A DNA stretch of 36,030 nucleotides from Nemertoderma westbladi (taxonomy: Eukaryota; Animalia; Xenacoelomorpha), in assembly GCA_032718475.1 (NCBI GenBank), contig JAUCBJ010007351.1:1-36030 (forward strand). The letters are read 5' to 3'. The translations under genes were made by a program, and so were the position numbers. Below the pieces are notes generated by a model. That model had not been told where the DNA came from. It did not search any database and saw only the letters and a list, made by a program, of their open reading frames with translations. Shown here piece after piece: positions 22,712 through 33,583 of the stretch; position 1 is the stretch's first letter, and each line of letters begins with the position of its first letter.

Positions 22712-22931
22712 CTCCTCCGCTCCAACTCCCTGTGTTTGCGTGGGGGTCGGCGGTCCTGGAGGTGTCTCGGGTTCGGGGACGGAGCTGGTCTGCGTGGGTC
22801 TGACCTACCAGACAATTACTGATTTGGTGGTGGCATACGTGCTATTTATTGTTGGTGCGATGTTTAATTGTTTTTATTGTTTGTTCATATCTGTTTCCTA
22901 ATGAAATGCTGGTTGTATAAAAATAAAAAAA
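22712..22931 (+). mobile_element. Short 5'-truncated retroposed insertion with an A-rich tail and a 14-bp TSD
   Basis: ATTTTATTAGTCAG at 22698-22711 and 22932-22945 flanks a GC-rich then GT-rich segment ending AAAATAAAAAAA. Confidence 0.85.
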
Positions 22932-23910
22932 ATTTTATTAGTCAGACAGAAAGATATTATGTTACTTAAAATAAATAAAATGAAGATGGAGGAAACAACT
23001 TTCCCACAGGAACCCGTCGAGAATCATAAGATAAAATAATTTCGATGTGAATTCGAACTTATTGCATTTCTGAGATAAATGCAGATCTTGATTTTAGATG
23101 TATGTAATTAATTAATGGACTGAAATAATACAGGACTCGGGGCAGTTACTTAATATATTCTAAATAATTAAATAATCGTGTGAAACAAATATGAAAAAAT
23201 TAGAGACTGATGTAAGTATGCTTTGAAACAGTGCACTACGAAACATGAGTAACACCTGCGTGTTAATGTGTGAGGTGTGGGACTTGACGAACTACAAAAT
23301 TGTGCGCTTGAGAATTGCGTGCAAAAGAAATTGAGTGTGTGTGACGCACTCAATAAAATACGTGTGGTGTATTTTCACCCTATGGATTGTAAAAGGGGCG
23401 GGGAGCCTCCGGGGTATTGACATTACATTTTTAACGAGTAGTTAATGTATCAATACTTAACATTCTGGAATCACATAGGTGTGGCACTATAAAATTGCTC
23501 TAAACTCAAAATTTTTACACACACCTCGCGTTTACCCACCAATGATTTTGCCGATTCACTGTGCGAGGGTAAAACGCCAAAAGTTTCTTAACCCTATAAG
23601 AAATACAACCAGGCTGATAGTGATTAAAATCGGCCACTTGCCAGGATGTCGAAGTGTATTTTAAGATAGAAATTCCAGGTTCCCTGTGATGCTGTATCGG
23701 GGTGGGGGGTCAAAATGGGAAAAAGCTGTTAGCGCCCCAATTGTAAGCCAACCTAAAGGTCAATTTACAATAGGGAACCTGCCAACTAACCCACAGGCCC
23801 ACTACATGGCCGCGTTCACTAAATGTTAAACCTATTGTCCTTTATCTGCTTGTTTATTGGTATATTAGTGTGTATAATTAATGATATTAAGGATATTCAT
23901 ACTATGTATA

Positions 23911-23945
23911 ACTAGAGACGGGCCTAGCGGCCCGCGTGAAGCAAG
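23911..23945 (-). mobile_element. Helitron-like 3' terminus (hairpin plus CTAG|T)
   Basis: The minus strand reads CGGGCC GCTA GGCCCG TCT CTAG T. The same terminal 16 nt recur at 10530-10545. Confidence 0.55.
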
Positions 23946-24862
23946 TCGTAGGAGACAGACAATACGAGTCAAGTAAAAGCTTATTGTTATGTCTGATAAT
24001 AAATTAGTGTGGGCGTAGTTCCGGTGGTGTACGAGAAATTTTCTAGACAACTTCAAACTATAATTATTATGTTGTGAATTAGAAAATAATTATGAATTAT
24101 AAATGAATTATAAAAGCTGTTGTGATTATAGAAGATAGATAGCAGTTAGCGAAATGATTATTTTGTTCTATCGGATAGAGTAGTCAGAGAGGAGTCGAGG
24201 TGTCTATTGATTAATAATAATAACAGCAGTTGTCATGAATTTAATACAATCGCTCACAAGAAGTGATAAGACAAATTCGTTCTTATTTTTGTAATAAATA
24301 AAACAAGTTGAGATGTTTCAATCATGACCTACTATAGATACGACCCGCCAAGCTGCTGCAAGTGAACTTTAGTGGGCCAGTTATTTCTCTTATATAGAAC
24401 CCCTGAAACAATAGGTCTAGCGCGTCGAAAGTACTTGTCCCTAACTAAAATTATGTCCTCTTTCAGATGAGACAAATAAAAATTTAATAGCTCCAGTAGT
24501 TTTCGAGATATGAGTAGTTCCTGGCACCCATACCATATCCAAGCCTATTACGTATAATATAAATAAATGATAAATATGTTAACTTAAGTAATTTCACGGG
24601 TAAATATATAAAATAGGAGTAATTGTTGAGAGTTGAGAGGAGTTGTTACATTGTTGAGAGTTAACTGATTGTTAAGACTGAAGGTAAATGTAGTAGGGTG
24701 TTGTACCGCTGTTATAGGCTGCATTGTATGGTTTATTTGAATTATTTCATTTGATTAACTTGTTTTCTTGAATTTAACAACATTCTTTATTAGGGAATTT
24801 AGATTCAAAATGCGAAAATCTAGAACATAAACGTATCACCTGAACAACACAATTTGGAACTG

Positions 24863-24977
24863 AAACGCCTTCCCCGAATAAACGCCCCCCTCGAATAAAC
24901 GCCCCCTCGAATAAACGCCCCCTAATTTGCAATATATAAACTTAAAGGCTCAGGCTCTTATTCAAGTAAATACGGTA
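24863..24977. mobile_element. One end of a Tc1/mariner (pogo-like) MITE with subterminal tandem repeats
   Basis: Three copies of CGAATAAACGCCCCC and a terminus TTATTCAAGTAAATACGG|TA. Confidence 0.55.
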
Positions 24978-25132
24978 TAACACTACAGGGAGTATACAGG
25001 TATAGGATACATTTCCGTTGAAAGCATTTGATGGGTATACACTGTACATGTGGTATATTGGGCATATAGTCTATTTTAGTACTGAACCGCTTGGAATATG
25101 TACTAATGATAAACGTCGTATAGGCACAGTTA

Positions 25133-25263
25133 TGGGTACACCTACCAACGCGTAGTTATACGTAGCACTTACGCGTAGTTAAAATTAAACTCTAAAACTG
25201 GTGATATATGACCCAATGTGTCGAACTACGCGTAGCTACGCGTAGTTCGAAAAGGTTTACCCA
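25133..25263. repeat. Mini inverted-repeat element with TACGCGTAG motifs and a perfect 30-bp palindrome
   Basis: Termini TGGGTACACCT and AGGTTTACCCA. TCGAACTACGCGTAGCTACGCGTAGTTCGA at 25221-25250. Confidence 0.6.
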
Positions 25264-25892
25264 ATAAACATTCATACCACGATGAGGATGATTTTTTCTT
25301 TTACTAAAATATTTACATTTTCGAATAAAATATAGCTAATCTAACACCAGTCTTAAAGTAAATAGTTTTATATATATATATATTTATTATATATATATTT
25401 ATTATTATTATTAAAAACAAACAATTCAACAATTACAATTAAACAACAACATTAAAAACTGCATACTACTAGTATACTTAGATTACTTGATACCCCCCCC
25501 CCCCCCCAGCCACAGACCCCACTACTAAATACTATAGCCACTTCCTAGGCGCCAACATTTCCGAACACAGAAGCATGGCTTATTTTGTGCTAGAAAATAT
25601 ATTATTTTTAATACTTAATTTTTTATTTTAATGTCATATTTTTTTTTTTTTTAATTATGCTTATTAATGCTACTGTACAAACATTTTTTTGCAGTAGTAT
25701 GGTATAATACTACACAATTTATTTGTCTAGATTTGCCAGTTTTGGTTGAGTATTCATTGACAGCTGATCACCATCTTACTTTATTTTTGCTGTAATGGTT
25801 GCCGTATACATAATAGGAATAGGATAGATGTAATATTTTTATTGTATGTTTATAGAATGTGTATTTCATGGAATATACAGTACGGTACGGAG

Positions 25893-28800
25893 TTATTGGA
25901 GATTGATAAGGTATGTCTTTAGAAGTTTTTTTACTTTGTATAACGATTTTGAGGTTTGAATTTCGGCCGGTATGATGTTCCATAGTTTGACTGCCTGATA
26001 TGATATTGTGGATTTTCCGTAGTTCGTTTGATAAAGTGGGAGCCGATAGTGGTGGTTTTGTGCCGCGCGAGTTGGATACTTATGTACAGTACTTATTGGA
26101 ACTAGGGTTGATTTAAGTCCTTCTGGAAGATGTTGGAGTCCTAATCGGTGACGGAAAATGTACAGTAAACAACGATACTTATAGAGTGATTTAAGTTTTA
26201 GTATGTTTAGATTCTTAAACAACTCATGGGTAGGAAAGTTATATGGTTTTAAAAAGATAATTCGGATGTATCTCTTTTGTAGTTTAATTAACTGGTTTAG
26301 AACTGTATCGTGTTGAACCTCATGACAATTACCCCAGGCTGTTAAGGCAAAGGAAATATGGGACTCGATCAATGTGTGATAAACACTTAATCTGATTTTA
26401 AATGGTATGAAGTGTTTGATTTTATTTATTATCCCAATATTTTTTGATATTTTAACTCTGATGTGATCGACGTGCCTATTCCACTTTAAATTTTCACTAA
26501 TGTAAATACCCAGGAATTTTATATGATTTACTTGTTCAATTTTGCAACCTCCGATTTTTAAATATTTTCCTAGTGATGATTGGTGATTAGAATTATTTTT
26601 AAATATGATGTACTTTGTTTTTGTGATATTTAAGGATAATTTATTTGTATTTAACCAAATCATAACTTTCTCTAGTTCGAGATTTGCTTCCCGTAAAATT
26701 TCAGAAATGTTTTTACCGGTTAGAAATATATTACAATCGTCAGCAAAGAGGATAAAATTTAACGTTTTTGATGAAGAAATTATGTCGTTCATGTATATTA
26801 AAAATAATAAAGGAGCTAGTATTGATCCTTGGGGTACACCGCATTTGATTAATTGTTGGTTTGATAAAGTTGATTTGTATTGAACTGACTGATATCTCTC
26901 TTCCAGGTAGCTTTTAAACCATTGCAAGGCTAATCCCCTTATTCCATAGTGTTCGAGTTTTTTAAATAATACATTGTGATCGACCGTATCGAACGCTTTC
27001 GATAGGTCTACGAATATTCCCAGAGTCGATTGTTTCGCTTCAGTGTTTTCCGTGAGGTTTTGAAGAAGTAGAGATATTGCTTGGTCGACTGATCGCCCTG
27101 TACGGAAACCGAATTGAGTGTCAATAAGTAATTTATGTTTGGCAAGAAATCCACTGAATTGTAAATAGACAGTCTTTTCTAAAAGTTTTGACAAAAAAGG
27201 TAGAACACTAATGGGGCGATAATTTTGAAACAGATTGGCGTCACCATTCTTAAAAATTGGTACAACTTTGGAGAGTTTCATATTTTTAGGTACAATACCA
27301 GTTTTTAAACTAAAGTTAATTAGATGAGTGACGGGATCTGATATATATTGGATTATTTGTTTAAAAATTATAACATTTACCCCGTCTAGACCAGTGGAAA
27401 TTTTGTTAGGCAGTGCATTGACCATATTTATGACTTCTTCATTGGTTACCGGACTGAAAAAAATGGACTCTGATAAGGAATTTCCTAGATAGCTTTCTAC
27501 CGTACAGTCGGTTTTGGGGATTTTATTAGCGAGATTTTGCCCAACTGCTGCAAAGTAGGTATTGAATCCATTAGATATTTCCGTTTCATTAGATGATAGT
27601 TTATTATTTACAAGAAATGTACTTGATATTTTACTTTTGTGTTTATTATTCATAAGTTCTCTTATTACTCCCCATGTTTTTGAGATGTTGTTTTTGTATT
27701 TTTCAAACAGATTTGAGTAGTGAAATTTCCTGGCATTACGTATAATCTGGGTTAGGTTATTTTTGTAGTTAATATATAATTGCCTATTTTGTATAGTAGG
27801 ATTTTTAAGGAGGATACCGTATAGTTGGTGCTTTTGTTTTATCGATGTGAATATGGACTCTGTAATCCACGGTTTGCTTTCGTTGATTATTTTGCATTCT
27901 TTTAGTGGAAAACATGTGTTGAATAAATTCTGATACTTTTGCATAAAATTATTGTAGGCGTTGTTGATATCGTCTTCTAGTGTAATGTTATCCCATCTGT
28001 TATTTTCATGCAACGATTTCAAAAGTTTTATAAATTTTTCCTTATTTTGGACGGATATATCGCGTTTGTAGTATATTTTATGTTTCCCAGGAGGACTGTT
28101 TATTGGTATATTACATTCGACCATAATCGGTAGGTGATCCGAAATGTCAGCCAACAGTATACCTGTGTGTACAACTGAGCCATAATCATTTGTTATAATG
28201 TTATCAATAGCTGATGCCGAGTGGTCTGTGAATCTGGTGGGTTTGTTTATTAGTGGCACAAAGCAGTGGTTTGTTATCTTTTCCAAGAATTCCATTGGTA
28301 TAGATGATTTATTTATGTGTAGGATATTGATGTTAAAGTCTCCAAGGATATAGGCAATTTTACCTTCAGAATTAATTTTTCTTAGGCTTTTTTCTAAGTT
28401 ATCGAAGAATGGTACAGTATCTGTCCCTGGTGGGCGGTATAGACAACCAAATATAACGTTTTTATTGTTTTCCCGTTGCCATTCGACGAAAGTGGATTCA
28501 TAAGTGTTTGGAATAAAATTGCCGATATCAGGTCTTGGAGAACAGTTTAAGTTATCTGCAATGTACAAACCACATCCACCACCCGTTTGATCTTTTCTGT
28601 GGTTGTAAAAAAAATTATAATTATTAATTTTAAATGTGTCGTGATTGATGTTTGTTTGCCATGTTTCAGAAACCGCTATCACAGGGAAATTTAGGGGAAT
28701 GCATTTTAAAGTTTCCTTAAGTGCCTCAAGATTTTTATTCAGACTCCGTATATTACAGTGAAACATGGCAATGCTTGTTATAGAATTTTGTTGGATAGAT

Positions 28801-29183
28801 GTTAAGTCGCGGTAGTATTGGGTATCTAAGTCTGCATTAAAATAATTACTGTCAGGGTCATTGTCTGTTAAATTATCGGTATCTTGTTCAAAAATGTTTG
28901 TATAATGAGAGTCTAGTAAATCCATGTTTATTACGGAAGGTAAACAGTAATCAGCTATCGTAAGTAGAAATTCGTTTTGATCTGTAATTTTGGTAAAGGG
29001 TAAGTTATCTTCAATACAAAAAAGGCAAATCCAGTCACTCAATTGCTGCAGGTAATTTTTATCTGCTTTTTGGTTTCTACCAGGTAAACAATTTAAGTGG
29101 AAAGATTTATAGCAGCAATTACACTTTATAAGACATCGTTGTTGTATAATTTTTGAGCAAATTTCACAACTACTCCGCGTCAT
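25893..29183 (-). CDS. LINE ORF2: PHD finger + APE endonuclease + reverse transcriptase (1096 aa)
   Basis: N-terminal C4HC3 pattern (CEIC..CNCC..FHLNC..WICLFC). APE motifs NIRSL, SETW, YRPP, GDFN, IDNI, SDH. RT motifs NYRPISVLP, QFGFR, DLSKAFDTV, GVPQGSIL, FADD. Confidence 0.95.
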   Translation of the reverse strand: MTRSSCEICSKIIQQRCLIKCNCCYKSFHLNCLPGRNQKADKNYLQQLSDWICLFCIEDNLPFTKITDQNEFLLTIADYCLPSVINMDLLDSHYTNIFEQDTDNLTDNDPDSNYFNADLDTQYYRDLTSIQQNSITSIAMFHCNIRSLNKNLEALKETLKCIPLNFPVIAVSETWQTNINHDTFKINNYNFFYNHRKDQTGGGCGLYIADNLNCSPRPDIGNFIPNTYESTFVEWQRENNKNVIFGCLYRPPGTDTVPFFDNLEKSLRKINSEGKIAYILGDFNINILHINKSSIPMEFLEKITNHCFVPLINKPTRFTDHSASAIDNIITNDYGSVVHTGILLADISDHLPIMVECNIPINSPPGKHKIYYKRDISVQNKEKFIKLLKSLHENNRWDNITLEDDINNAYNNFMQKYQNLFNTCFPLKECKIINESKPWITESIFTSIKQKHQLYGILLKNPTIQNRQLYINYKNNLTQIIRNARKFHYSNLFEKYKNNISKTWGVIRELMNNKHKSKISSTFLVNNKLSSNETEISNGFNTYFAAVGQNLANKIPKTDCTVESYLGNSLSESIFFSPVTNEEVINMVNALPNKISTGLDGVNVIIFKQIIQYISDPVTHLINFSLKTGIVPKNMKLSKVVPIFKNGDANLFQNYRPISVLPFLSKLLEKTVYLQFSGFLAKHKLLIDTQFGFRTGRSVDQAISLLLQNLTENTEAKQSTLGIFVDLSKAFDTVDHNVLFKKLEHYGIRGLALQWFKSYLEERYQSVQYKSTLSNQQLIKCGVPQGSILAPLLFLIYMNDIISSSKTLNFILFADDCNIFLTGKNISEILREANLELEKVMIWLNTNKLSLNITKTKYIIFKNNSNHQSSLGKYLKIGGCKIEQVNHIKFLGIYISENLKWNRHVDHIRVKISKNIGIINKIKHFIPFKIRLSVYHTLIESHISFALTAWGNCHEVQHDTVLNQLIKLQKRYIRIIFLKPYNFPTHELFKNLNILKLKSLYKYRCLLYIFRHRLGLQHLPEGLKSTLVPISTVHKYPTRAAQNHHYRLPLYQTNYGKSTISYQAVKLWNIIPAEIQTSKSLYKVKKLLKTYLINLQ

Positions 29184-29724
29184 TAGAAGTGGTATAGACT
29201 AAAACTACAGTAACAGTACTATTATATTACCCCAATACTTAATCCCGTTTTACAGTGAAATTAACCCCTGAGTAAATTAAATTAACTACCTGAATATGAA
29301 CTGTAGGCCTACCGGTAAACCTACCACAACAATCAACCCCCACTGCAGGTAATGTTGAATTCTATATAAGGCGGTAAAAATCCCACTAATAAAGTATTGT
29401 TGCCTAGTTTATTCCCAGGAAAGACTCCCAAAAAAAAACTACTTATTATATACTTATTATAGTAATAAAGTACAGTTGTTTCCCAAAAAAAAAACTATAT
29501 CTAGTAAAGCCAACTAAAACTAATAAGATATGTTTAAACTAAACTAATAAAATAAGATTGTACCGGCACTGCAAAAACAAAAACCTATAGAAATACACAG
29601 ACAGTTTGACCAAGGCGAAGTGTTAGGTAATATCAACATAAAACTTTTTCCCATACAGAATCGGCTCATCTGTATGCAGATAAACCACAAGGGGGAACTA
29701 GGTAGTGAGTGAAGAGCAAGCGAT

Positions 29725-30639
29725 TTAAGTAGTTTTCATTAAGCGAGATTGATTCCTGTCTCTTCGCGCTTTACGTTCTTCCCGAGTGAAAGGTTTCACT
29801 CGCTCCAAGTCAGCGTGAACCATTATTGGAATTGGTCGGTCTGCGTCACCGATTGCGTACAGGCGGCCATCCCGTGACCACCCTATACCTTTGATTCGGA
29901 TCTTCCGTAGTAGATCCGACCGCGTGGTTGTCAGCGATTCCGTTATGTAATAATCGGTATTCCGTAGACGATTCGCTTGGGAAAACACACGGGCACGCAC
30001 ACGGTATCGCACAAATTTCACCATGATTGCCATTGGCTTATCGCTACTACCGGTACCTATTCCCGAACGCAGGCCCATTGTAGACTCAGTGTTACGTGGT
30101 GACAATCTATGACATCGGTCAAATTCCGTTTCCGGAATTTGGAGTCCGATTTGGTCCCGGAAAAACGCTTGAACTATATTGTAGGTGTCATCTTCGGTTT
30201 CCTTGATTCTTTGTTGCACGCCATGTACGAGAATACAGTTCCGACGTGAGTACTGTTCCGCATCATCTAAACGACGGGTAAGGACGTCTTTGATATTAAT
30301 AAATTCGCCACGGATTTCTACCAGACGCTTTTTCATTGACTCAGTCTCGAAATTCACGTTATGCTTGATTGATGCTACCAGTTCTCTTTCTTCCTCCTTG
30401 TCGAATCCGAGAAATTTACTGTCGGTAGGTCCAGGATTATCGTCTTTATCGCTATTCGCATGTCGCTTGTTCAGTTCTTTACTTATAACTTCTGCGATCC
30501 TTAAGTCAAGATTGTTGAAACTGTCTTCAAAGTCGTCGAGTCGAGATATTTGTTCGCTTATGGATTTGTTAAGTTTATCAGAGTCGTTAACGGAGCTGCG
30601 GTCGTTTTTTGATTTACGGGAATGGTTTGACTTCGTCAT
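29725..30639 (-). CDS. LINE ORF1: coiled coil plus L1-like RRM/CTD RNA-binding protein (304 aa)
   Basis: Heptad-rich N-terminal half, then EQYSRRNCILVHGV, DRCHRL, IMVKF, YITESLT and WSRDGRLY motifs of L1-type (transposase_22-like) ORF1. Confidence 0.9.
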   Translation of the reverse strand: MTKSNHSRKSKNDRSSVNDSDKLNKSISEQISRLDDFEDSFNNLDLRIAEVISKELNKRHANSDKDDNPGPTDSKFLGFDKEEERELVASIKHNVNFETESMKKRLVEIRGEFINIKDVLTRRLDDAEQYSRRNCILVHGVQQRIKETEDDTYNIVQAFFRDQIGLQIPETEFDRCHRLSPRNTESTMGLRSGIGTGSSDKPMAIMVKFVRYRVRARVFSQANRLRNTDYYITESLTTTRSDLLRKIRIKGIGWSRDGRLYAIGDADRPIPIMVHADLERVKPFTREERKARRDRNQSRLMKTT

Positions 30640-31320
30640 TGGGATGAATTGATGCGATATCAGTATATAGATAATTAAATTGGAAGATTACATTGGCTGA
30701 TTGGTTGGGCCGATCTGTTGGATGGTGGAATTCTTTCAATCGCCGTTAAGTCATTGGTTGTCTGTGTAAATCACAGATTCATATTTCAGTATTTTGCAGT
30801 GCTTTACAGCTGTCTTTTTACAGTAGGCCTGTAGGTTTTATTTGAAAAATCCATTTTTTTCTCCCAAATATTTTTAAAAATAAGTGGATTAATCTTTATC
30901 ACAAATTTTCCAGAAAATTATTTAAGAAAAGTAAAAATTAGGTAAACAAAGTACTTCGATAAGAAAGTAGCGGAAAGAAACACTTTTTGTCACTAATTTT
31001 AATTGACCGAAATTCATTTATTCTGTGTTAAGCAAACTACTGAAGCTGATTGGAACAGGATTTTGGGTGTTTTTTGGTAATTCGCAGGACCGGGAACTTC
31101 TGCCTAAGAAATCCAAGGATACAGTGATACTAGTCGGTGATATATTTTTACAAATAAAACAATATATTCGATATAAAAACGTAAGGGGAAACAGTCCTTT
31201 TCACTAATTTTCTTTAGCGAAATTCATGTATGCTGCCCTCCTGTATTGAGTTTTCCCCTCGTTGGCAAAAACTGGCCAAATCGTGTAAAACTCAACTATA
31301 AATATATAATTAATACCCAC

Positions 31321-31472
31321 CTCGTCAAATGGAAAGTATCGTACTTTTATTGAACAAGAGCTTTTGAACAGTGCGGGAGGGTCCCAGTCCACATTGCCCT
31401 TGTAGTCAACGATTGCTTTTACGGTAGATGTTACGTGAAAGTCGCCCTCGGCATTGTTATACAGAATTATAT
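31321..31472 (-). CDS. Nicotinic acetylcholine receptor subunit, coding exon 3 (loop A to the first half of the Cys-loop)
   Basis: AG|AT...GAG|GT boundaries. Encodes (D)[11 protein letters not shown]...[22 protein letters not shown]. The phase-1 start matches the end of exon 2. Confidence 0.93.
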
Positions 31473-31565
31473 CTCAAATAAAATAAAAATAAACAAATTT
31501 AGTAATAAATTGTATTGATGGTTTGTTAGGACAAGTGCTACCGGTACCTACCATGAGGCTTTTTC

Positions 31566-32138
31566 TGCCCTCCTAAGGCAAAACCATGTAACTCAAAAGA
31601 TAGAGTTTTGAGAAAAATCAACCTAAAAGTTGACGGATCTGCACGAAAACATGTGAATGTCTCTGTGAAGATTTTCAACATTAAAGTTTAGTCAAATAGT
31701 TTATTTAATAAATACATAGAAACTCTTAGAGCTCCAAACTTAAGATAGTTATTTAGAAAATGGTTTTGATTTTCGAGTTACATGGATTTACCTTATAAAT
31801 TCTAACCAGTTCACTTATATTACATCATGTAAATTATATAAATTTCAACAGCTGTTCCCAAGCCAAAACAATGTAACTCGCATGAGATACATGGTTTAAG
31901 CTTATAGTTACATGGTGTGTCATATAACATTAGGGTTACTGCACATGGTTCTGCCTTGGCATGCCTTAACAAATTCATATATTGTAGTTAGTTACATTCT
32001 ACCCCCTTTTTAACCCCTTTAGAGTTTAGATGCACTCTATTAAGTTTTACCACCAGATAGAGCTCGCAGTAAGTAAAATTACACCATCTATTTTCGTCAA
32101 AATTCGAGTTACATGGGTTTGTTTGCCTTAGGACGGCA
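31566..32138. mobile_element. MITE in nAChR intron 2 with CCATGTAACTC repeats
   Basis: TIRs TGCCCTCCTAAGGCAAAACCATGTAACTC and GAGTTACATGGGTTTGTTTGCCTTAGGACGGCA. The ATGTAAC motif recurs internally in both orientations. Confidence 0.75.
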
Positions 32139-32278
32139 CCTTCCATACACTAGGCCTAACAACGGTCCATTCATTAAAACTATGAATAATTAATTTTAAT
32201 CTTTATTTATTTTTTCCATCCCCAGCTAACCCGCTAACCCACTAACTAACTAATAATGTATTATTATTATTAGCGTAC

Positions 32279-32399
32279 CTGGTAGCCATATCTTTTCTGA
32301 TGGAACGTACATTTGCGTAATGTTATCATACTCGAGAGGATCCCAACGTAGGTTCGCATCAACCCATTTATGTATCAGCCAAAGGGAGATTTCCATTAC
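32279..32399 (-). CDS. Nicotinic acetylcholine receptor subunit, coding exon 2
   Basis: AG|GTA...CCA G|GT boundaries, 121 nt. Encodes VMEISLWLIHKWVDANLRWDPLEYDNITQMYVPSEKIWLP, with the W.D..L.W.P..Y and IWLPD signatures. Confidence 0.92.
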
Positions 32400-32779
32400 C
32401 TTAGGAAAGCAACAAATATACTGTAGTACAGTAGGTATAAACAGGAAAAAAAAGTGCATTAAAGGGCAAACACAGTAGGAAATTATTGAACCATGGACTA
32501 TTGCAGTCATAATGTCTGCATGAGATATTCTTATTTTCTATAACGGCAAAACGAATTATAAATAATTGTTCTCCTATTAATGTCAAATACTCAAATGAAA
32601 TAAATGGCAGGAGAAACTACGGTAGCTTTAACACTGAACTATACTTGCCAATATTTATTATAGATAGTATACTAATATAGAAGTTAATGGCTTGAGAATA
32701 ATTGGAGAAAATAAGAACCGAGTAACCATAAAATATATTCATTAAACGTCTTTAGCATCAGTATGTAATGTAATTGATA

Positions 32780-33066
32780 GCGGGGCGTCGCGCAGCACGC
32801 GAACTTAAGCAAGTTCGAAACAAGTTCGATTTGATCTGGAGTCAAAAGTTCGAGAGGTATTTGCCCGTAACTTTCAAAAATATTGGAACTTTTTCTCTAG
32901 TATGCCAATAAAAAATTTCTTTAAAAATGGTTAAAATCTTCAAAAGTTATTTACGAATGTATTTTTTTTTAAATACAGACGGACAGACAGACTGACATGA
33001 AATTTTGCCCTATTTACTAATTATAATTGTGCGCAAGTCTCGCCCCGACTGCGTGGCTCGCCACAC
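32780..33066 (-). repeat. HINE/DINE-1-like repeat in nAChR intron 1
   Basis: The minus strand starts TGTGGCGAGCCACG (compare TGTGGGGCGAGCCACG at 13504) and contains a GTCT/GTCC microsatellite. Confidence 0.5.
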
Positions 33067-33370
33067 AGTGTTTGCCTACAAGTAGTTAGTTACAAGCAAT
33101 GCAAACAATCAGACGTCAGCAACAAGTGGAGCTAAGTATAATCATGGGTATCCATAGATATTTAATGAAAATTTAACAAACAGGTCCTGGTTTATTAGGC
33201 AATAATTGAGAACATTTTAGTAGCTCAACCTTGAAAAGAAACAAGTGAAAGCGGTTTATGATGTGATAATGGATAATAATGCGGAACGGGAAATTTAATT
33301 TTAATAGTTTCATTTTATGCACAGTAACGGTTATACTCTAGAATAGCTTGGTACACAAAGACAAACTCAC

Positions 33371-33583
33371 CTGAGTGCGCTCTTTCACATCAAATATCTG
33401 ATAAACTGAAAGACCAAACGTCACGCACAATGGTTTATTGTAATCCTTTACAGGCCTTACCAGAGGTGAATAGTGTCTGAATAAATCAATGTAGAGCTTT
33501 TCTTCTGTTTTGCTCGCAGATACGTGGATTATTGAGTGGTTTACATGCAAACCTAACATCAACAGTGCAAAGAAAATCGACAT
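33371..33583 (-). CDS. Nicotinic acetylcholine receptor subunit, coding exon 1 (signal peptide plus N-terminal helix)
   Basis: ATG to CAG|GTGAGT, 213 nt in phase 0. Signal peptide, then EEKLYIDLFRHYSPLVRPV...VTFGLSVYQIFDVKERTQ. Alpha versus non-alpha cannot be decided because loop C is not seen. Confidence 0.92.

Larger units (their letters stand above)
25370..31120 (-). mobile_element. Apparently full-length, intact CR1/L2-group (Crack/Daphne-like) LINE; boundaries approximate
   Basis: Two uninterrupted ORFs in tandem, a ~540-nt spacer, and a 3' UTR ending in (AAT)n/(AT)n near 25370-25410. No TSD identified. Confidence 0.85.

Noticed and set aside
30185-30652. Plus-strand 155-aa ORF (and the one at 26605-26883)
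   Set aside because: Antisense to the LINE ORFs, with no independent coding signal.
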